This document shows, in pieces, positions 36,206 through 49,908 of a stretch of DNA of 64,000 nucleotides (positions are counted from its first letter, which is position 1; each line of letters opens with the position of its first letter). The position numbers were made by a program, and so were the translations under genes. The notes beneath the pieces are model-generated. The model worked only from the letters and a program-made list of their open reading frames with translations. It did no database searches and had not been told where the DNA came from. This stretch comes from Mobula birostris (Eukaryota), in contig NC_092388.1 of the NCBI RefSeq assembly GCF_030028105.1, positions 32,049,684-32,113,683 of the forward strand. The letters run 5' to 3'.

Positions 36206-36867
36206 CAGACATCCCACCCTGCAAAAACTCATTTCAGGGAGGTAGCACCATCAATTTGCGGGAGACTTCCAGGAGAGGTGGGATGTCTGCAATAGAGCAG
36301 CTCCTTAGCAGCTGGCCAGCTAGTTTAAATAACGTTAGCTATGCTGATGAACGAATGACACCTGTTAAACTCACCTCAACAGGTCTTTTACAGTCTTAAC
36401 CCACCATGGGCTATAGAAAAGTCACTGTTGCAAACAGTGCAGCGAGCAGCACTGTCATTATTTTGACCCCTATTAGGCAGGGATACACTTTAGTGTAGTC
36501 TGGGGTGACGTACGTTTTATATTTTTTTGGAACACTGTGCCATAGTGCGCTCTCGCTTGCTCTCTCTCTCTCTTTCGTGGTCGCTCACGCGCTCTCAAGC
36601 GCTCTTGCTTGCTTTCTCTCTCGCTCACTCTCCCTCTCTTGCTCGCGCGCTCTCGCTTGCTTTCACTCTTGCTTGCTCTCTCTCTCTCGCTCGCTCTCTC
36701 TCGCACGCGCTCTCTCTCGTGGTCGCTCTCACACTCTCTCTTGCTTTTCTCTTGCTCGTTCTCAAAAAAATTGATTTCCGTGATATTGTATATAATTTGC
36801 GGGCATCAGGGAGCCACTATTAATATGTAGGAGACTCCTGGAAGTTCCGGGAGAGGTGGGATGTCTG
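36206..36867. mobile_element. Non-autonomous hAT-like DNA transposon with 6-bp TSD and an internal extra right TIR
   Basis: TIR CAGACATCCCACC / GGTGGGATGTCTG; CTTTCT at 36200-36205 and 36868-36873; second right TIR at 36277-36289; internal CTCG/CT microsatellite. Confidence 0.8.
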
Positions 36868-36869
36868 CT

Positions 36870-37550
36870 TTCTGGATACTCTGCAAAGAAAATTGCTCAC
36901 TTAGCTGTTCTCCTACCTGTCTCCAGGCAGAGGCTAAAGAGCAAGGTTCTGGAGATACGGACAACAAAGGGGTGGTCACAGGAATGGCTATGGGATTGCT
37001 CTGAGTCAGTGGACTGGGCTGTGTTCAAGGGCTCAACAGACAATCAAAGTTACCCTCCTGCTTCAAGCAGGCCTCAGTCATACCAGTGCCAAAGAAAAAT
37101 GTGGTCTCAGTGACTATCACCCAGTGGCAATTACAACCATTGTGATAAGTGCTTTGAGGGGCTGATGATGAAGCATATCAACTCCTGCCTGAGAAGCAAC
37201 TAGCATCTGCTCCAATTTGCCTACCAGCACAACAAATCTACAGCCGATGCCATTTCATTGGCTTTTCGCTGAACCTTGGAACAACAGGACAGCAAGGAGA
37301 ATCAGGATGCTCTTTATTGACTATGGATCAGCACTCAAAACCTTCCTCCCCTCAAAATCAATCAATAAGTTTCAAGGCTTTGGCCTCAATGCCTCCTTGT
37401 GCAAATTGATCTGCGATTTCCTCGCTTGCAAACCCCAGTTGGTTCAGATTGACAACAACGTCACCTCTGCGATCTCCATCAGCACAGGTGCACCTCAGGG
37501 CTGTGAGCTTAGCTCCCTGCTCTACTCACTTTACTGCAGTCACAATGACT
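36870..37550 (+). mobile_element. Rex/Babar LINE remnant (linker + RT), internally deleted
   Basis: DCSESVDWAVFK; ORF 37217..37552 IRMLFIDYGSALKT..TGAPQGCELSSLLYSLY. Confidence 0.8.
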
Positions 37551-37655
37551 AGGTGATAGAATGAGAGGCTAACGAATGAGTGGTGGGGTACTGGTCAGAC
37601 AAAGCACTTTGTCGAATGGTGATGAGCTTCGCAAGTGTCATTGTATACATGTATC

Positions 37656-38313
37656 GGAGGGAGGAGAAGATGGTGGCGCAACGCAGCGCGCACGGCCATT
37701 CTGAATGAATATCATATGTGTTAACTAGGGGGCCGTGCACAATCCTGATTTGATGGGGACAACCGTGAGAAGCACGGAGGAACACCTGGAGTAACTTCTG
37801 AAATGCCTGCTTCGCTGCCGCTGCCACTGCCACTGTGCAATGGAGAATCTCCGGAGGGGAAGGCCCCAAATCCTCGGCTTTGCCTATTGCCTGTTGCCAG
37901 GGCTGTGGTTGAAGCGCTCGGCAGAGATGGTGCTCGGTGCTTGGTGTCGGAGAGCTGGTCGGAGGCTCGAAGTTTTCGGACAGACTCGGAGTCGGACTGT
38001 GGTCGACTGCTTCCAGTATGCTACATCGGCAAGTTGGCAGCACTGGAGGTTCACCGTCTGCGTGAGATGATGGGACTTTTGAGAGACCTTGAGAGTTTTA
38101 CCGTGCCATGGTCTGTTTTTATCAAATTACGGTATTGCTTTGCACTGTTGTAACTATATGTTATAATTATGTGGTTTTTGTTAGTTTTTAAATCGGTTTG
38201 TCATGTGTTTCTGTGGTATCATTTTGAAAAAACATTATCATTTCTTAATGAATGCATTACTAAATGACAATAAAAGGACTGTGTGTCCTCATAATCTAAT
38301 CTAATCTAATCTA
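37656..38313 (+). mobile_element. Non-coding, CpG-rich retroposed element (AAGATGG head, (CTAAT)n tail)
   Basis: GGAGAAGATGGTGGCG 5' end; ATGACAATAAA..(CTAAT)n 3' end like the Rex tail at 17670-17710; no TSD seen. Confidence 0.55.
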
Positions 38314-38879
38314 AGAATTTAGCTTCATTTATGATTTCTGAGTGGACTCAAGAAGTCACAAGGTAAGTGACTCACCACAGAACAATTTGGTTCTGCTTTT
38401 CTCTTGCCGTAATTGTGTTTATGCTTTCAACTTCCAAATTACAGATTTCCAATCTGTCAAATCTCTCTGAATGCTGAGGCAATCAGTTAAAGAGGTTTTT
38501 TTGAAGGGTGAAGTTTGACCCGGCAGAGATTATATTGGCTGATCATGAAATAGTCCATAATGACTATGGTTTCTCCTTAAAACCATTGCCCAATTAGTCT
38601 TATTTCCCTCTTTTGCCTTTTCCTGTAAACAGAGGCATATAAGATCATGAGGGACATAAAAAGAGTTTATTGACATGAAGTGTGGGTCCATAAATGGAAT
38701 CAGCTGCCAGCAGACAGATTGAGGCTGGTAGATAAGTAGATAGATACCTTATTAATCCCAAAGGAAATTATAGTCACAATAGCATTACAAGTGCATAAAT
38801 ATTCAAATATTAAAAGAGAAGTAAGACAGACAGAATAAAAAATAAAATGTTGCAAGATTTACGAGTCAAAGATCGCAAG

Positions 38880-41365
38880 ATTTGCAAGATTTCACTCGGA
38901 TAAAAAGGCATGCCTGAATTCATGCAGTAAATAACATGAACGCAAACTCACAGCAAGCAGTTCGATGTCCGGACTGCAGATTCATTCTTTCACACAATGT
39001 GACCAGGATTACACCATCTGTTAAACATAGAAACATAGAAAATAGGTGCAGGAGTAGGCCATTCGGCCCTTCGAGCCTGCACTGCCATTCAGTATGATCA
39101 TGGCTGATCATCCAACTCAGAACCCTGTACCAGCCTTCCCTCCATACCCCCTGATCCCTTTAGCCACAAGGGCCATATCTAACTCCCTCTTAAATATAGC
39201 CAATGAACTGGCCTCAACTGTTTTCTGTGGCAGAGAATTCCACAGATTCACCACTCTCTGTGTGAAGAAGTTTTTCCTAATCTCGGTCCTAAAAGGCTTC
39301 CCCTTTATCCTCAAACTGTGACCCCTCGTTCTGGACTTCCCCAACATTGGGAACAATCTTCCTGCATCTAGCCTGTCCAATCCCTTTAGGATTTTATACG
39401 TTTCAATCAGATCCCCCCTCAATCTTCTAAATTCCAACGAGTATAAGCCTAGTTCATCCAGTCTTTCATCATATGAAAGTCCTGCCATCCCAGGAATCAA
39501 TCTGGTGAACCTTCTTTGTATTCCCTCTATGGCAAGGATGTCTTTCCTCAGATTAGGGGACCAAAACTGCACACAATACTCCAGGTGTGGTCTCACCAAG
39601 GCCTTGTACAACTGCAGTAGTACCTCCCTGCTCCTGTACTCGAATCCTCTTGCTATAAATGCCAGCATACCATTCGTCTTTTTCACCGCCTGCTGTACCT
39701 GCATGCCCACTTTCAATGAATGGTGTATAATGACACCCAGGTCTCGTTGCACCTCCCCTTTTCCTAATCGGCCACCATTCAGATAATAATCTGTTTTCCT
39801 ATTTTTGCCACCAAAGTGGATAACTTCATATTTATCCACATTAAATTGCATCTGCCATGAATTTGCCCACTCACCTAACCTATCCAAGTCACCCTGCATC
39901 CTCCTAGCATCTTCCTCACAGCAACACTGCCGCCCAGCTTCGTGTCATCCGCAAACTTGGAGATGCTGCATTTAATTCCCTCATCCAAGTCATTAATATA
40001 TATTGTAAACAACTGGGGTCCCAGCACTGAGCCTTGCGGTACCCTACTTGTCACTGCCTGCCATTCTGAAAAGGTCCTGTTTATTCCCACTCTTTGCTTC
40101 CTGACTGCCAACCAATTCTCTATCCACATCAATACCTTACCCCCAATACCGTGTGCTTTAAGTTTGCACACTAATCTCCTGTGTGGGACCTTGTCAAAAG
40201 CCTTTTGAAAATCCAAATATACCACATCCACTGGTTCTCCCCTATCCACTCTACTAGTTACATCCTCAAAAAATTCTATGAGATTCGTCAGACATGATTT
40301 TCCTTTCACAAATTCATGCTGACTTTGTCCGATGATTTCACCGCTTTCCAAATGTGCTGTTATCACATCTTTGATAACTGACTCTAGCAGTTTCCCCACT
40401 ACCGATGTCAGGCTTACCGGTCTATAATTCTCTGGTTTCTCTCCCCCTCCTTTTTTAAAAAGTGGGGTTACATTAGCCACCCTCCAATCCTCAGGAACTA
40501 GTCCAGAATCTAAAGAGTTTTGAAAAATTATCACTAATGCATCCACTATTTCTTGGGCTACTTCCTTAAGCACTCTGGGATGCAGACCATCTGGCCCTGG
40601 AGATTTATCTGCCTTTAATCCCTTCAATTTACCTAATAACATGTACACTTCCCTACTAACATGTATTTCCCTCAGTTCCTCCATCTCACTAGACCCTCTG
40701 TCCCCTACTATTTCCGGAAGATTATTTATGTCCTCCTTAGTGAAGACAGAACCAAAGTAGTTATTCAATTATTGTGTTGTTCACAAGCACAGCAAGTCCA
40801 CCTCCCTTCCTCTTACCCTTCTGTAGATTAACTCTGTCTGCTTGTAGCATTGAAAACCCAATCTCAGCAGTGTTAGAATCCGGGATTTGCTTGTGTAGCC
40901 ATGTCTCGGTGAAACACATAATACTGCGTTCTCGATATTCATTCTGTGTTCTCATGATAACTGCTAGTTCCTCCATTTTATTTGCCAGCAATTTTACATT
41001 CTCCATAATGATAGACGGGAGATATGGCTTATATCTCCATCTCTTGTTGCACCGTTTTTTACCCGATCTTCAGCCTCGGTATCTCCATCTCAGCTCATCT
41101 GGAATATCGAGCTTCTGGGCAAACAAAGGCTGCTTCCCAGATGCTAGTAGCTTGTATGTACAATATTGCATCCACTACTGTAGTCAAAGCACTCGATGGA
41201 ATAAAGTATCCCAAGAGCCAGAAGGATGCCGAAAATGTTCTAAAACAGATTAATGTCCATTGTTACTTTGCAGTGTTGCTAGCCTGTACTAAAAAAAACA
41301 AAAGAAACATGCGAAATAGTGCTAAGATAAATACACAGAGCTACTGTAACATGCTGCCACCTTTC
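38880..41365 (-). mobile_element. Rex/Babar LINE 5' portion (5' UTR + APE endonuclease) split by a CR1
   Basis: ORF 40761..41006 ..IMCFTETWL..DR..KRKGGGLAVLVNN resumes below 39022 as NRWCNPGH..CSPDIELLAVSLR; 5' end AAAGGTGGCAGC near 41360. Confidence 0.8.
39023..40774 (-). mobile_element. Young 5'-truncated CR1 LINE (RT and C-terminus, one frameshift)
   Basis: ORFs 39875..40768 and 39117..39899; (TTTCTATG)n tail; TGTT direct repeats at 39019-39022 and 40775-40778. Confidence 0.95.
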
Positions 41366-41789
41366 ATGGTGCACACAGACAGCTTTATAATAACTTTTAA
41401 AAAGCAGTTGAACAGGTACATATATATAGTCAAAACACAAGTAAATGAGACTAGCTTGGATGGGCAGGCTGGGTGGTAGAAACCACTTGGGCTGAAGGGC
41501 CTATTAATTGCTGTAGGATTCTGTGACTTTCAATTTTCCCTCTGTATTTTCTTGCAATTTTCTTTTGAAAAAAACTATGGAATTTGTTTCAATCATTTTT
41601 ATTATTCATTCTGTGTGCAGACGGTGTACCTTTTCTCTCTATTACAATAATCACATTCTCATCCATGTTAATGTGCTTCTTACAGCTGCAAAAGGATGGA
41701 TGGGTTCAGAGCTTGTCATGGCAGAAGTTGTTACAGTTGTGTCTGGGGGACTGTTCACCTAATCTAGCAATTAAAGTCTCCCAGGGAGG

Positions 41790-42440
41790 TGCACCAATGG
41801 GAACGCAATTGGATGTTGTCTGGGACTACAAATACCTGGGAACTCACCTGGACAATAAACTGGACTGGACTAAAAATACAGAGGCACTGTACAAGAAGGG
41901 ACACAGCAGGCTGTACTTCCTGAGGAGGCTCCGGTCATTCAACATCTGCAGTACTATGCTGCAGATGTCCTATAGCTCAGTGGTGGCTAGCATCCTGTTC
42001 TACGCTGTAGTCTGCTGGGGCAGCAGGGTGAGAGCAGCTGACGCCAAGATCGATAAGCTCGTCGGGAAGGCTGGTTCTGTTCTGGGGGTGGAACTGGATT
42101 CCCTGCTGGTTGTGTCTGAGAGGAGGATGCTGCAGAAGCTACGGAGCATTATGGACAATCCATCTCAGTGACATACTGGGCAAACAGAGGATCACTTTAA
42201 ATAACAGATTGATTCCACCAAGGTGCACCACTTTTCTCCCTGTGACAATAAGACCCTACAACACCTACTTAAGTATACAAGTATATGGTTACATTACACA
42301 AACGTATTTGCACTATAACTTTTTAATATGCATTTTGTATTTTTCGTACCTCAATGCTTACATTTTGTATATTAAAGTATATATTTCTGACCGAGCAACC
42401 CTGCAACAGTAATTTCCTTCAGGATAAATAAAATTTTGTC
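41790..42440 (+). mobile_element. Rex/Babar LINE 3' fragment
   Basis: YKYLGTHLDNKLDW..SRLYFLRRLRSFN..VVASILFYAVVCWG; GGATAAATAAAA tail. Confidence 0.85.
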
Positions 42441-43169
42441 TTACTTAGCCCCAACATGTACATTCTGATGGTGCTGCCAGACCTTGTTCCCCAGAACATA
42501 GTCATGTACCGATAATGACAATGCCCACATCTGCCCTCTGGCTGAAGCCCTCTGAAAAATCGTCTTGGTTTCACCAAGAATATCTTTCAGAGATTAGTGA
42601 TCAAGTGTAAAATTCAGGCCATTCATCTTTTAATGTAATTTTATTACTCTGTCAATGATAGTTACTGTAATTCTGTGAGCATTGTCTGGTTGAAGAGATC
42701 TTGACGCAAAATCAATCAAATTCTTATCTCCATTCTCCACATGATATGATAAAGCATACATAACACCATCACGAGAATAAAGCTACAGACTATAACTTGC
42801 GATAATCATTTGCCAGCAAAAATGTGATTAACTAAGTATTTAGTTGCTATCCTTGTTCATTAGCCACCAGCCAGAAGTCACAGAGCTTCACCAGCGCCAC
42901 CTTAAACCAGAAGGCAGCCCCATTTTAAACTAGAAAGTAGCCTCTCCCTCATGTAGTCAGTTAATTTCTTCCTGTTGGGTATTACTGAATGTGTGTTAAC
43001 CCTCCTTCCTGAAAGCGTTGCAAAGGACTAGAATGTTCTAGGAAATGCAGGCAACAGTCCGAAACCTGTTGGCTGAGCTCAGCCATGAATCAGATGGCCT
43101 ACAGAGAGCGTTTCACCTCGACCAGTCTAGGAAATATTTTGTTTACCAAGGAGGTTATCATTACAATAT

Positions 43170-43520
43170 GTCACTGGAGTATAAGAGATGACTGTATAGA
43201 TGTGCATAAAATCATGAGGGGGATAGATGGGGTCAATGCACTGATCCTTTACCCAGGATTGGGCAACTAGGTTTAAAGTGAGAGTGATAAGTTGTAATAT
43301 GAACTTGAGGGGTAACTTTTTCTTCCCCCTGAGAGGTGGGCAGTGTACGCAATGAGCTTCCAGAGGAAGTGGGGGAGGCAGGCACATCAACAACATTTAA
43401 AATGTACTTGAACAGGTGTATGGATAGGAAAGGTTTATAGGGATACAGGCCAAACACTGACAAATGGGAGTAGCCCAGGTGGGAATCTTGGTCAGCATGG
43501 ACAAGTTAAGCTGATTCTCT
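43170..43520 (+). mobile_element. CR1 3' remnant
   Basis: IDVHKIMRGIDGV; GGTTTAAAGTGAGAG..AACTTTTTC; CR1-type 3' UTR. Confidence 0.7.
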
Positions 43521-45664
43521 ATTCCCTAGAGCCATTTTCTAACGTGATCACTGATGACACGTCATAGCAGATCTGTGCTGCATATAGGCTCTGCTGTTTG
43601 ATATTATTTCAAAGTAGACCCAACAAAGCTTCAGAAGTCCTCTGTGGGTGTATCAGGCTGACCCTGGAAGCACTGTTTGAAGTACATACCGTTCTGGAAA
43701 TCACCAGTGAAACGCAAATTCCCCGTGGAGACTGGTTGCTGCAGGCATCTCCCTAATTATCAGCATTTTTATGCTCTGCTTATTTAGAAAGGCTTTTAAA
43801 AATCGTCTCATTTCCCCATTCTCCTTTCATTCTGCAATGCTATATTTTGTAACATCCTGTTGTTTTTTCACGTCTGTTGCGATCAATATTACCACGTATG
43901 ATGAGAACTTCACACAAGCAAGGAATTGCATTGCACTCTGGTGTATATGTCAGTAAGCTAATCTGAATCTCACCCCTCCACCTGATGCAATTAAGGCCCA
44001 TAGCCCGGCATCACAGTTTAAAGACAAAGCAGCTGTGCTCTTAATCTTTGTGATTCTCAGTCAAAGACACTTGAGCCTCCATCCTTCATGGGAGAAGTCC
44101 TTCCAGTCCCCCTTTCATGCCTGCATCCTCATGCTCATTGCTCCCCAAATGGTTTAACCAATAATAAAAGATTCTCTTTCATTTTACTGGATGTGTATAT
44201 TGCTGCTGTCCCTAATTGTCCTTGAGAAAGTGATGGCATGACACCTTTTATGAAATTCAGACTCACAAATACCTGTGAAGAGTTCTGTGTGTAAAGTGAG
44301 AGGCGGTTATGAAGAATTGTGGATTTAAAGAATGCAGGAATAGAGCATCCAGAGGAGTCAGGGTGGTATCAGAGTGTCTGACTTTCTTTTCTTCTTGCTG
44401 AAGTCAGAGTACTTACATTTCCATGTTCGCTCTGTCACTTCCTTGATGAAACAAAGAGAATGTGTAAGACACAGGCTTTTACAAAGCAAGTAAGTCAAAA
44501 CATAAATGTGTCACAACACCCTTGCCTGTCTCCTTAGTATTTTGAAAGCCATCTCTTCTAAAGTACTCAAAAACGTTCAGTGCTGTTAAACCAGAAAGAT
44601 GTCCCACATTAGCAAAGTCAGACAAAAGCTGATATACAGTATTTGGAAGAGGTTCTGGCTAAAGGGAAGGGTGAGATGGTGGAGAGATTTAAAAATGAGG
44701 AAAATAATTTTATAATCAAAATATTGATTAAAAACAGGGATGATGGGTGAATAGGACATAATTTGGATAAGTGATTTCTGGTTAATGGAGTGTGGATTGA
44801 GAAGACAGCTGGGGATAATTGTTAAGCTAATAAAAGAATGGAGAAGGCTTTCAACAGTAAATCAGCAAAGTCAAAGGAAAAATGAGTAATATTATGGAGA
44901 TGTAAGTAAGCATTCTGGGTGGTGGAGAGGACATGGAGTTGAAATCTCTTCCTTGGGTTAAACAAGGTGCCAATATTTTGATCAGCCCACTTAACAGAGT
45001 TTGTAGTGTCAAATTATTCATTTAGAATGAGTTACAGTCCATCCAAGACGGCTCGTGAGTCAAGCAGCAGACTCAGGAACCTGCTGTAAGTTCTGCTGTA
45101 TGGTGTAGAGTCTGATGGCTATACACTTGCCACTTTACAGATGTTCCTTGAAAAGGATTCGATTCTTTTATTAACCAGATGTTGTACGGTCATGTAGATC
45201 CAGTATCCCGGCGGCAATTATCCTGCATTCACTTTCCTACTGGTTTTTTTTCCTCACATAAATATATTATCTGAACTATCAAATCAATAATGTCAGCAAC
45301 TGATTCTTTCTTGACAGTCACAGATTGCAATTTACCATTGCTGTTCTGTCACTGATTGTTTATAGTCTGATTGGTTGAGTCTTCTGAAGGGAGGGCACAA
45401 AAGGCTCAAGTTATGGTTAAATAGAGAAGCCATCTTATGATACGGCTGTGGAGAAACTTGTATATTGATATCTAGTTCATGGAGATGAGTTATAAGGCCC
45501 AGTGAGGGTATGCGAATGTTAGCCAGCTGAAGAACATGGTTATATCACTAAAGTAATACTTTAAAGTAAATTAGAAGATATTCTGGAATGAGGGAGAAGT
45601 AAGATCTAAGATCATCCATTGGTAATCCAAACACCATTGGCAGGCAATACAAACTCCTTTATGT

Positions 45665-46163
45665 TGTGGAAATATATCTGTAACCCTGACTTCTTCATGA
45701 ATTTCTAAGTTTTGTAAAATGTAATGTGAACAAGATGGAGTCTAAGAAGTCCCAAGGTACTTTGCTGGTTTGCATGGGAAAACTGACAAGTGTGTTTGCG
45801 TTATCTGGGAGCAAACTATTTTCTTTGATGACGGGTATTTTTTTAAGGTTAGAGGGGATGTTTTGACAACAGGGGGCAGCAGGATGGAGCTTATAAAGAG
45901 CAAATATGAGAATGAGATAAGGAAGAAGATAACAGAGGAATGGAGCGTTATGGAATGAAGCAACCTAATCACTGGTCTTTGTGGGAAAAAATATAAAAAT
46001 ACTTGAAGCAGAAGATCAGAGCTATATTTTCAGACAAAACTTGGCTGGAAGTATACTTCCCCTTGCATATAAAGTAATAAAATACATTAATAATGTGATC
46101 CACTCTGAATTTGTTGTAAGTTGTTTCTGTATATTATAAGACTTAGTTGAATGGTACATGACA
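45665..46163 (+). repeat. ERV 5' LTR (499 bp)
   Basis: Aligns end to end with 53691-54193 (14 mismatches counted by eye in the first ~157 bp); TATAAAA and AATAAA motifs. Confidence 0.9.
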
Positions 46164-46168
46164 GATTT

Positions 46169-46186
46169 TGAAGGTTCCACCGAGAT
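46169..46186 (+). promoter_or_regulatory. Primer-binding site, tRNA-Gln
   Basis: TGAAGGTTCCACCGAGAT matches 17/18 of TGGAGGTTCCACCGAGAT, the complement of the vertebrate tRNA-Gln 3' end. Confidence 0.85.
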
Positions 46187-47890
46187 TTGCTTCTCTGAGA
46201 GCAGCAGTGACATGGGAAATTCCGAGGACAGAACTGCCTAGGGAAAGCTTGTCAGGAAGCAGCAGCCGCTGAAGGACAAATGAGGTTTTTACACTTGGCA
46301 GTTCGACTTTGGTTTCAGCCCTATACACTGCGATCAATGCTATGGCCTTGAGTGGATCAGTTTCTCTTATCATGATTCCAATGCATCTGGCGTGCTGACA
46401 GAAACTTTGAGTAAGGAAGGAGGTCAACCTAGATCTGGGATGTGTGAAAGAGATGTGCACAATTGTATTGGATACTTGTTAGTGTTGGGGACACATACAG
46501 GTTGACCTAGCGTCTGGGATGCATGTATACATACAGTGGATGTTTTTTTTTCATGTTGGGGGACACCTATACAGCTCGATCTAGCACCGGGGGTGCGTAA
46601 ATTTTTTCTGAGTATGAGGAAGGAAATTAGTAAGCTATTCAATAACAAAAGAGTGTCAGAGAAACTGGGTGCTAGAACTAAATGCTGAAGTTTATTAAAC
46701 CCTACGGGACACTGGTAAGTTGTTGGAATATTGGTAAATGTAAATAGAGCAAAATAATGATAAAGTAAAAAATGGGGCAGGGTGTGTCGTTCCATGATCC
46801 TGAACGAGAAATCAGCACATCAAAAGAAAAAGTAACACTGGAAATAATACAAAGTGTTTAAAGCAGATACAACCTTTTGCACAGAGAGGAATAATATCTA
46901 CTTTTGGATCTGAAAGAGGGGAAGAAGATGAATATGGAAATATGGATTGGACTGATGTAGCAGATAAAGTGACCCACCCTAACCCAGTACTGTCAGAGAG
47001 AGAAGTGCCAGGGCAGGAAATCAAAACCAAAATATAACATACACTACCCCTTATTGGGTACAGCAGCTGAGGGATATTGTTAAGGATATCAGGACATACA
47101 TGCCTGAAGATGACTAGAGATTTGTTCCAAGTAATTAGTTACCAAAGAGCAATACACCGTCTAGGTGATAAAAGAGAAAAGAAAATTGATTATAATGTGC
47201 TTGCAGCTGAACATACATTCTGCCTTGCCAGAAGCACAGCGACATGCTCCTGGAATAAATGAAGAATTAAAGAATGCGATACTGATTGTTATGGGTAATA
47301 ACAATGGGGACAAAATAGATGATTTACATAAATGTTACCAGAGAAAAGGAGAACTCTCCACTGCATTTGGATCCCATTTGTGGATGGTGTTCCCAGGGGT
47401 ATATGCCCACCAATATTAGGTCAAGATCATTTAGAGTTGAACCCCATAAATAGATGCTTAAGAACACTAGTGTCTCATAGTACCGATGAATTTAGAAGGT
47501 GTTGGAACTGTTTGATCCCGCTGACCCTACGTACTTAGGAAAATGGTTAGAGCATGGAAGAAGGAGCTGCAGGAGCTAGATTTGAACTTTAGGAATATTC
47601 CGGAGGCAGCTAAAGGGGCTTCCCTTGGAAAAAATACATGGGATATCGTGTGGGGAAATCCAGGTCAGGGGAGAAGCCAGCAGAGAGCTTATAGAAGGGA
47701 AGTAACACAGCACTGAAACCTAATCAGAGAAGTTATTGCAAGCTCAAATCTGTTGTTTCATCTGTGGTAATGGGAGTCATCATTCTTGAAAATGTAGAGC
47801 AAATGTGGAAAATGTAGAGTTAATGTAAAATAAATCCAAAAATAAAATTTGATTTGAGTTACAGAAGGATCAGAATATGTTGAAAGATTG

Positions 47891-49578
47891 ACCATAAGAC
47901 CATAAGGCATAGGAGCAGAATTAGGCCATTTGGCCCATCGAATTTGCTCTGCCATTCAATCATGGCTAATCCTTTTTTTCTCTCCTCCTCGACCCCATTT
48001 CCCAGCCTTTGATGCCATGTCCAATCAAGATCCTATCAATCTCTGCCTTAAGTACACCCAATGACCTAGCTGCCACAGCTGCATGAGGCAACAAATTCCA
48101 CAAATTCACAAATTCCACTCTGGCTAAAGAAATTTCTCTGCATCCCTGTTTTGAATGAACACACCTCTATCCTGAGGCTGTGCCCTCTTGTCCTATACTC
48201 TCCCACCATGGGAAACATCCTTTCAACATCTACTCAGTCTAGGCCTTCCAACATTCGAAAGGCTTCCATGAGATCCCTTTCATCCTTCTAGATTCCAGTG
48301 AGTATAGATCCAGAGCCATCAAATGTTCCTCGTATAATAACCCTTTCATTCCTGGAATCATCCTGGTGAATCTCCTCCAGACCCTCTTCAATGCCAGCAC
48401 ATCTTTTCTAAAATGAGGGGCCCAAAACTGTTCACTATACTCAGGGTGAGGCCTCACCAGTGCCTTATCAAATCTGAGCATTACATCCCTGCTCTTGTAT
48501 TCTGGACCTCTTGAAATGAATGCTAACATTGCATTTGCTTTCCTCACCACTGACTCAGTCTGCAGTTAACTTTTAGGGTGTTCTGCACAAGGTCTCCCAA
48601 GTCCCCTTTCATCTCAGGTTTTTGGATTTTCTCTGTTTGGAAATTAGCCTGCACATTTATTTATTCCACCAAAGTGCATGACCATGCATTTTCCAACATT
48701 GTATTTCATTTGCCACTCTCTTGCCCAATCTCCTAATCTGTTTAAGTCCTTCTCCAGCCTTTCTGTTTCCTCAACACTACTTGCCTCTCCACCAATCTTT
48801 GTATCATCTGCAAACTTGGCAACAAAGCCATCTATTCTATCATCTAAATCATTGATATACAGCATAAAAAGAAGCAGTCCCAACACTGACCCCTGCGGAA
48901 CACCACTAGTCACTGGCAGCCAATCAGAAAAGGATCCTTTTATTCCCACTCTCGGACTCCTACCAATCAGCCAATACTCTAACCATGCTAGTAACTTTCC
49001 TGTAATACCATGGACTCTTAACTTGGTAAGCAGCCTCATGTGAGGCACCTTGTCAAAGGCCTTCTGAAAATCCAAATATACAACATCCGCTACATCCCCT
49101 GTATCTATCCTAGCTGTAATCTCGTCAAAGAAATCCAACACGTTTGCAGGCAAGACTTTCCCTGAAGGAAACCATGCTGATTTTGTCCTATCTTGTCCTG
49201 TGGCACCAAGTACCATCACCTCATCCTTAACAATTGATTCTAACATCTTCCCAACCACTGAGGTCAGGCTAACTGGTCTATATTTTCCTTTCTTCTGCTT
49301 TCCTCATTTCGTAAAGAGTGGAGTACCATTTGCAATTTTCCAGCCCTCTGGCACCATGCCAGAGTCCAATAATTTTTGAAAGATCATTGCTAATACCGCC
49401 ACAATCTCTAACACTACCTCTTTCAGAACCCTAGGGTGCAGTTCATCTGGTCTAGGTGGCTTAAGTACCTTTAGGTCTTTCAGCTTTTTGAGCACCTTCT
49501 CCCTTGTAATAGTAACCGCATCCACTTTTCTTCCTTCACACACTACAACATCTGGCACACTGCTAGTCTCTTCCACAG
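47891..49578 (-). mobile_element. CR1 LINE 3' half inserted in the ERV
   Basis: ORFs 48239..48550, 48644..49258 ([22 protein letters not shown]) and 49304..49576; ACCATAAGACCATAAG tail. Confidence 0.93.
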
Positions 49579-49848
49579 TTTGGTTAGCGTATGGGGATTT
49601 TGTGCTTTAAACTTGTTGAATGTTGTACTATGCATGAAGAAATACTTACAACATTTCTTTGCTTTAGAGTTTTAGACTGACATATTTCCTCAAAGCTGTT
49701 GAATTGTAAGTGAATGTTCTGGTAATGGTTTAACCCTTAGGAACAAGAGAATTTCTAAAATGGTTTGAAGTGTGAATGATTTTGCATATGAAGTGTAGCC
49801 ACAGCTGAGTTCCTCTTAGTGAGAGAAAATATATCTCTGTGTGTGCCT

Positions 49849-49852
<4 letters not shown>

Positions 49853-49901
<49 letters not shown>

Positions 49902-49908
49902 CAAGAGA
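49853..49908. repeat. (GA)n microsatellite
   Basis: Direct observation. Confidence 0.95.

Noticed and set aside
36473-36830. Arg/Glu/Ser- and Leu/Ser/Ala-rich ORFs
   Set aside because: Products of the CTCG/CT microsatellite inside the hAT-like element.
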